Below, piece by piece: positions 61,556-64,000 of a DNA stretch of 64,000 nucleotides (position 1 is its first letter; each line of letters begins with the position of its first letter). The stretch is taken from NCBI GenBank assembly GCA_965243745.1, contig CBDEVR010000002.1:903263-967262 (forward strand), given 5' to 3'. Origin of the DNA: Dehalococcoidia bacterium (lineage in GTDB: Bacteria > Chloroflexota > Dehalococcoidia > Lucifugimonadales > Australimonadaceae). The translations under genes were made by a program, and so were the position numbers. The notes beneath the pieces are model-generated. The model was not told the DNA's origin, did not search any database, and saw only the letters and a program-made list of their open reading frames with translations.

Positions 61556-62605
61556 ATGTCTGACAAGGAACAAGCGCTGGCACTGGCTCTCGGGCAGATA
61601 GAACGGCAGTTCGGGCACGGGGCGATCATGCGGCTGGGTGAAGCCGCCCAGAGCCTGCATGTGGAAGCCATCCCCACAGGCTCCATCTCGCTGGACCTGG
61701 CCCTGGGTATAGGAGGGATCCCCAAGGGGCGGATCACCGAGATATTCGGAACCGAGTCTGCGGGGAAGTCCACGCTCTGCAGCCACATCGTCGCGGAAGC
61801 GCAGCGTCGCGGCGGCACCGCCGCCTACATAGACGCCGAGCACGCACTGGACCCCACCTACGCCGCGCAGTGCGGCGTGCAGGTGGACTCGCTCCTCATC
61901 TCCCAGCCTGACTCCGGCGAGCAGGCCCTGGAGATCGTCGAGTACCTCGTGCGCAGCGGCGCCGTGGACGTTGTCGTCGTGGACAGCGTCGCCGCTCTCG
62001 TGCCCCGGGCGGAACTCGAGGGCGACATGGGCGACGCTCACGTCGGACTGCAGGCGCGGCTGATGTCGCAGGCGCTCCGCAAGCTCACTGCCGCCACCAA
62101 CGTCTCCCACACCGCGGTTGTGTTCGTGAACCAGCTGCGGGAGAAGGTGGGAGTCTTCTTCGGGAGCCCGGAAGTCACTCCGGGAGGCAGGGCGCTCAAG
62201 TTCTACAGCTCCGTCCGCATAGACCTGCGGCGTATCGAAACGATCAAGCAGGGGACGGACCCTGTCGGTTCGCGGGTCAGGGCGAAGGTTGTCAAGAACA
62301 AGGTCGCTCCGCCGTTCAGGCAGGCCGAGTTCGACATCATGTTCAAGGTCGGCATCAGCAAGGAGGGAGACCTCCTCGACCTCGGTGTGGAGATGGGCAT
62401 CGTTCGCAAGTCCGGCGCGAACTACTCGTACAACGAGACGCGTCTGGGACAGGGCCGGGAGAACGCCAAGACGTTCCTCCGCAGCGATCCGGAGCTCGCC
62501 GCCCAGATCGAGGCGAGGGTTCGCGGCGCAGACGCGGCGAACGGACACAGCGAGGCTCCCGTTCCCGAGGCCGAGCTCCAACCGGCGGCCCCGGCAACCG
62601 GATAA
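61556..62605 (+). CDS. recA: Recombinase A
   Basis: [29 protein letters not shown]...[13 protein letters not shown] (Walker A)...[10 protein letters not shown]...[17 protein letters not shown]. Confidence 0.97.
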   Translation: MSDKEQALALALGQIERQFGHGAIMRLGEAAQSLHVEAIPTGSISLDLALGIGGIPKGRITEIFGTESAGKSTLCSHIVAEAQRRGGTAAYIDAEHALDPTYAAQCGVQVDSLLISQPDSGEQALEIVEYLVRSGAVDVVVVDSVAALVPRAELEGDMGDAHVGLQARLMSQALRKLTAATNVSHTAVVFVNQLREKVGVFFGSPEVTPGGRALKFYSSVRIDLRRIETIKQGTDPVGSRVRAKVVKNKVAPPFRQAEFDIMFKVGISKEGDLLDLGVEMGIVRKSGANYSYNETRLGQGRENAKTFLRSDPELAAQIEARVRGADAANGHSEAPVPEAELQPAAPATG

Positions 62606-62870
62606 CCGGCATCGTCTTCTGGTTGCCACTCGCCGAGCATTGAAAGACGGCGGTGGCAGATAACGTGCGCTTCACCAACGCGCAAATCAGCGGGTGCCAC
62701 ACCCGCTCTCTCGCGCCAGCGGCCTGTGCGCCGCTGGGGCGGTCTTGGCGTACTCGCTTCGCTGCCGCTCCCGGAACCGGGGAACCGTCGTCTGTCCATA
62801 GCCACGGCCGGTCTGTCCGGTCCTCCTCGAAGGGGACACGCGCGCAGGCCGAGCCCGAAAGGAGACGCTC

Positions 62871-64000
62871 ATGGAAGCGTTGGTCGTTGGTATCGCAGGA
62901 GCAGTAGCAGGGAGCATCGTCGGTGTCGTACTGGTGTTGCTCGTCAGGACTGTGGGACGGAGCAGGCGCACGGGAGCAGCCCAGGACGAGGCCACACGTA
63001 TCCTCGCCAGCGCTGAGGAAGAGAAGAAGCGCGCCCTGCTGGAGGCCCAGGAAGAGGCGCTCAAAGCGAAGCAGGAGGCCGAGGCCGAACTGCGCGACAG
63101 GCGGCGTGAGGTACAGAAGACGGAGAACCGTCTCGCCAGCCGCAGCGAGAGCCTCGACAGCCGTCAGGAGACTCTCGAACTCCGAGAGCAACGCGTGGGC
63201 GACCGCGAGCAGGACGTCGAGCAGCGGTACGAGGAGGCCGAAGCCATCAAGGCGGAGCAGGCCACCAAGCTCGAACAGGTCGCGAACCTCAGCGTCCAGG
63301 AAGCGAAAGCCCAGATCATGCAGACCGCTGAGGACGAGGCCGAACACGAGCTCGCCAAGCGCTACTACGCGCTCGAACAGAAGATGCTCGGCGAAGTGGA
63401 CGAGAAGGCGAAGAAGACCATCGCCCTCTCCATCCAGCGCCTCGCTTCAGACGTGGTGAACGAGTCCACCACGTCCCAGGTGGCGCTGCCGAACGACGAG
63501 ATGAAGGGCCGCCTCATCGGGCGCGAGGGCCGGAACATCCGCGCAATCGAAGCCGCCACGGGCGTCGACCTCATCATCGACGACACGCCGGAGGCCGTGA
63601 CCGTCTCCTGCTTCGACCCCATCCGCCGGGAGATCGCGAAGGTGGCGCTCACCAACCTCATCGCAGATGGCCGCATACACCCGGCGCGCATCGAGGAATC
63701 GGTCAACAAGGCGCAGAAGGAAGTGGAGGACACCATCGCCCGCTCGGGTGAACAGGCCGTTCTGGACGCTGGTGTCCGCGGGCTGAATCCCGAACTCATC
63801 AAACTCCTCGGAAGGCTCCAGTACCGCTACAGCTACGGTGAGAACGTCCTGCAGCACTCCGTTGAGGTCGCGCGCATCGCGGGGCTGATCGCCGGAGAGA
63901 TCGAGGCGGACGTCCAGACCTCCAAGGCGGGCGGGCTGCTGCACGACATCGGCAAGGCCCTCACCCACGAGTTCGAGGGCACGCACATCGAGCTCGGCGA
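62871..64000 (+). CDS. rny: Ribonuclease Y, N-terminal ~376 aa (gene runs off the right edge)
   Basis: N-terminal TM helix MEALVVGIAGAVAGSIVGVVLVLLV, then a coiled coil, the KH domain (MKGRLIGREGRNIRAIEAATGVDLIIDDTPEAVTVS) and the start of the HD domain (LLHDIGKA). Missing from the ORF track because it is open at the edge. Confidence 0.93.
   Translation, partial: MEALVVGIAGAVAGSIVGVVLVLLVRTVGRSRRTGAAQDEATRILASAEEEKKRALLEAQEEALKAKQEAEAELRDRRREVQKTENRLASRSESLDSRQETLELREQRVGDREQDVEQRYEEAEAIKAEQATKLEQVANLSVQEAKAQIMQTAEDEAEHELAKRYYALEQKMLGEVDEKAKKTIALSIQRLASDVVNESTTSQVALPNDEMKGRLIGREGRNIRAIEAATGVDLIIDDTPEAVTVSCFDPIRREIAKVALTNLIADGRIHPARIEESVNKAQKEVEDTIARSGEQAVLDAGVRGLNPELIKLLGRLQYRYSYGENVLQHSVEVARIAGLIAGEIEADVQTSKAGGLLHDIGKALTHEFEGTHIELG

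Overview
High-GC (about 65-70%) bacterial chromosome segment. Gene content (LLM/F420-type oxidoreductases, amidohydrolase-2 enzymes, MFS transporters, recA-rny synteny) suggests Chloroflexota-like, at low confidence. I call 71 CDSs. Recognisable blocks: the left edge str operon (rpsL-rpsG-fusA); two related catabolic clusters (LLM oxidoreductase, amidohydrolase-2, MFS, plus mmsA/ADH in one and Rieske/FAH/cupin in the other); two tRNAs (Met-CAT, Val-TAC) bracketing tandem MFS genes; a cobalamin salvage and nucleotide-loop locus (cbiB, cobQ, then a B12 riboswitch with its own terminator, BtuCFD-like ABC importer, cobO-cobT-cobS-cobC-cobU); and a housekeeping right end (proBA, dtd, rpsU, nadE, recA, rny). 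The most unusual element is an isolated three-gene operon at 40.9-43.5 kb: HK97-type prohead protease, an 82 aa ORF and a major capsid protein. It has host-like composition and no portal, terminase, tail or integrase gene anywhere in the 64 kb. An orphan DNA methyltransferase and a terminator-containing leader flank it. Other points of interest: a flavoprotein translationally coupled to a G-domain-less FeoB-like permease; a ~50% GC gene wedged by overlapping codons between mug and thpR; a lower-GC islet encoding a secreted DUF1524/HNH-Excalibur nuclease lipoprotein; candidate leaderless promoters; and dense mosaic arrays of at least five REP/BIME-like palindromic repeat families that fill intergenic gaps, supply several stop codons and generate many spurious ORFs. 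No CRISPR array, rRNA, transposase or integrase was seen.
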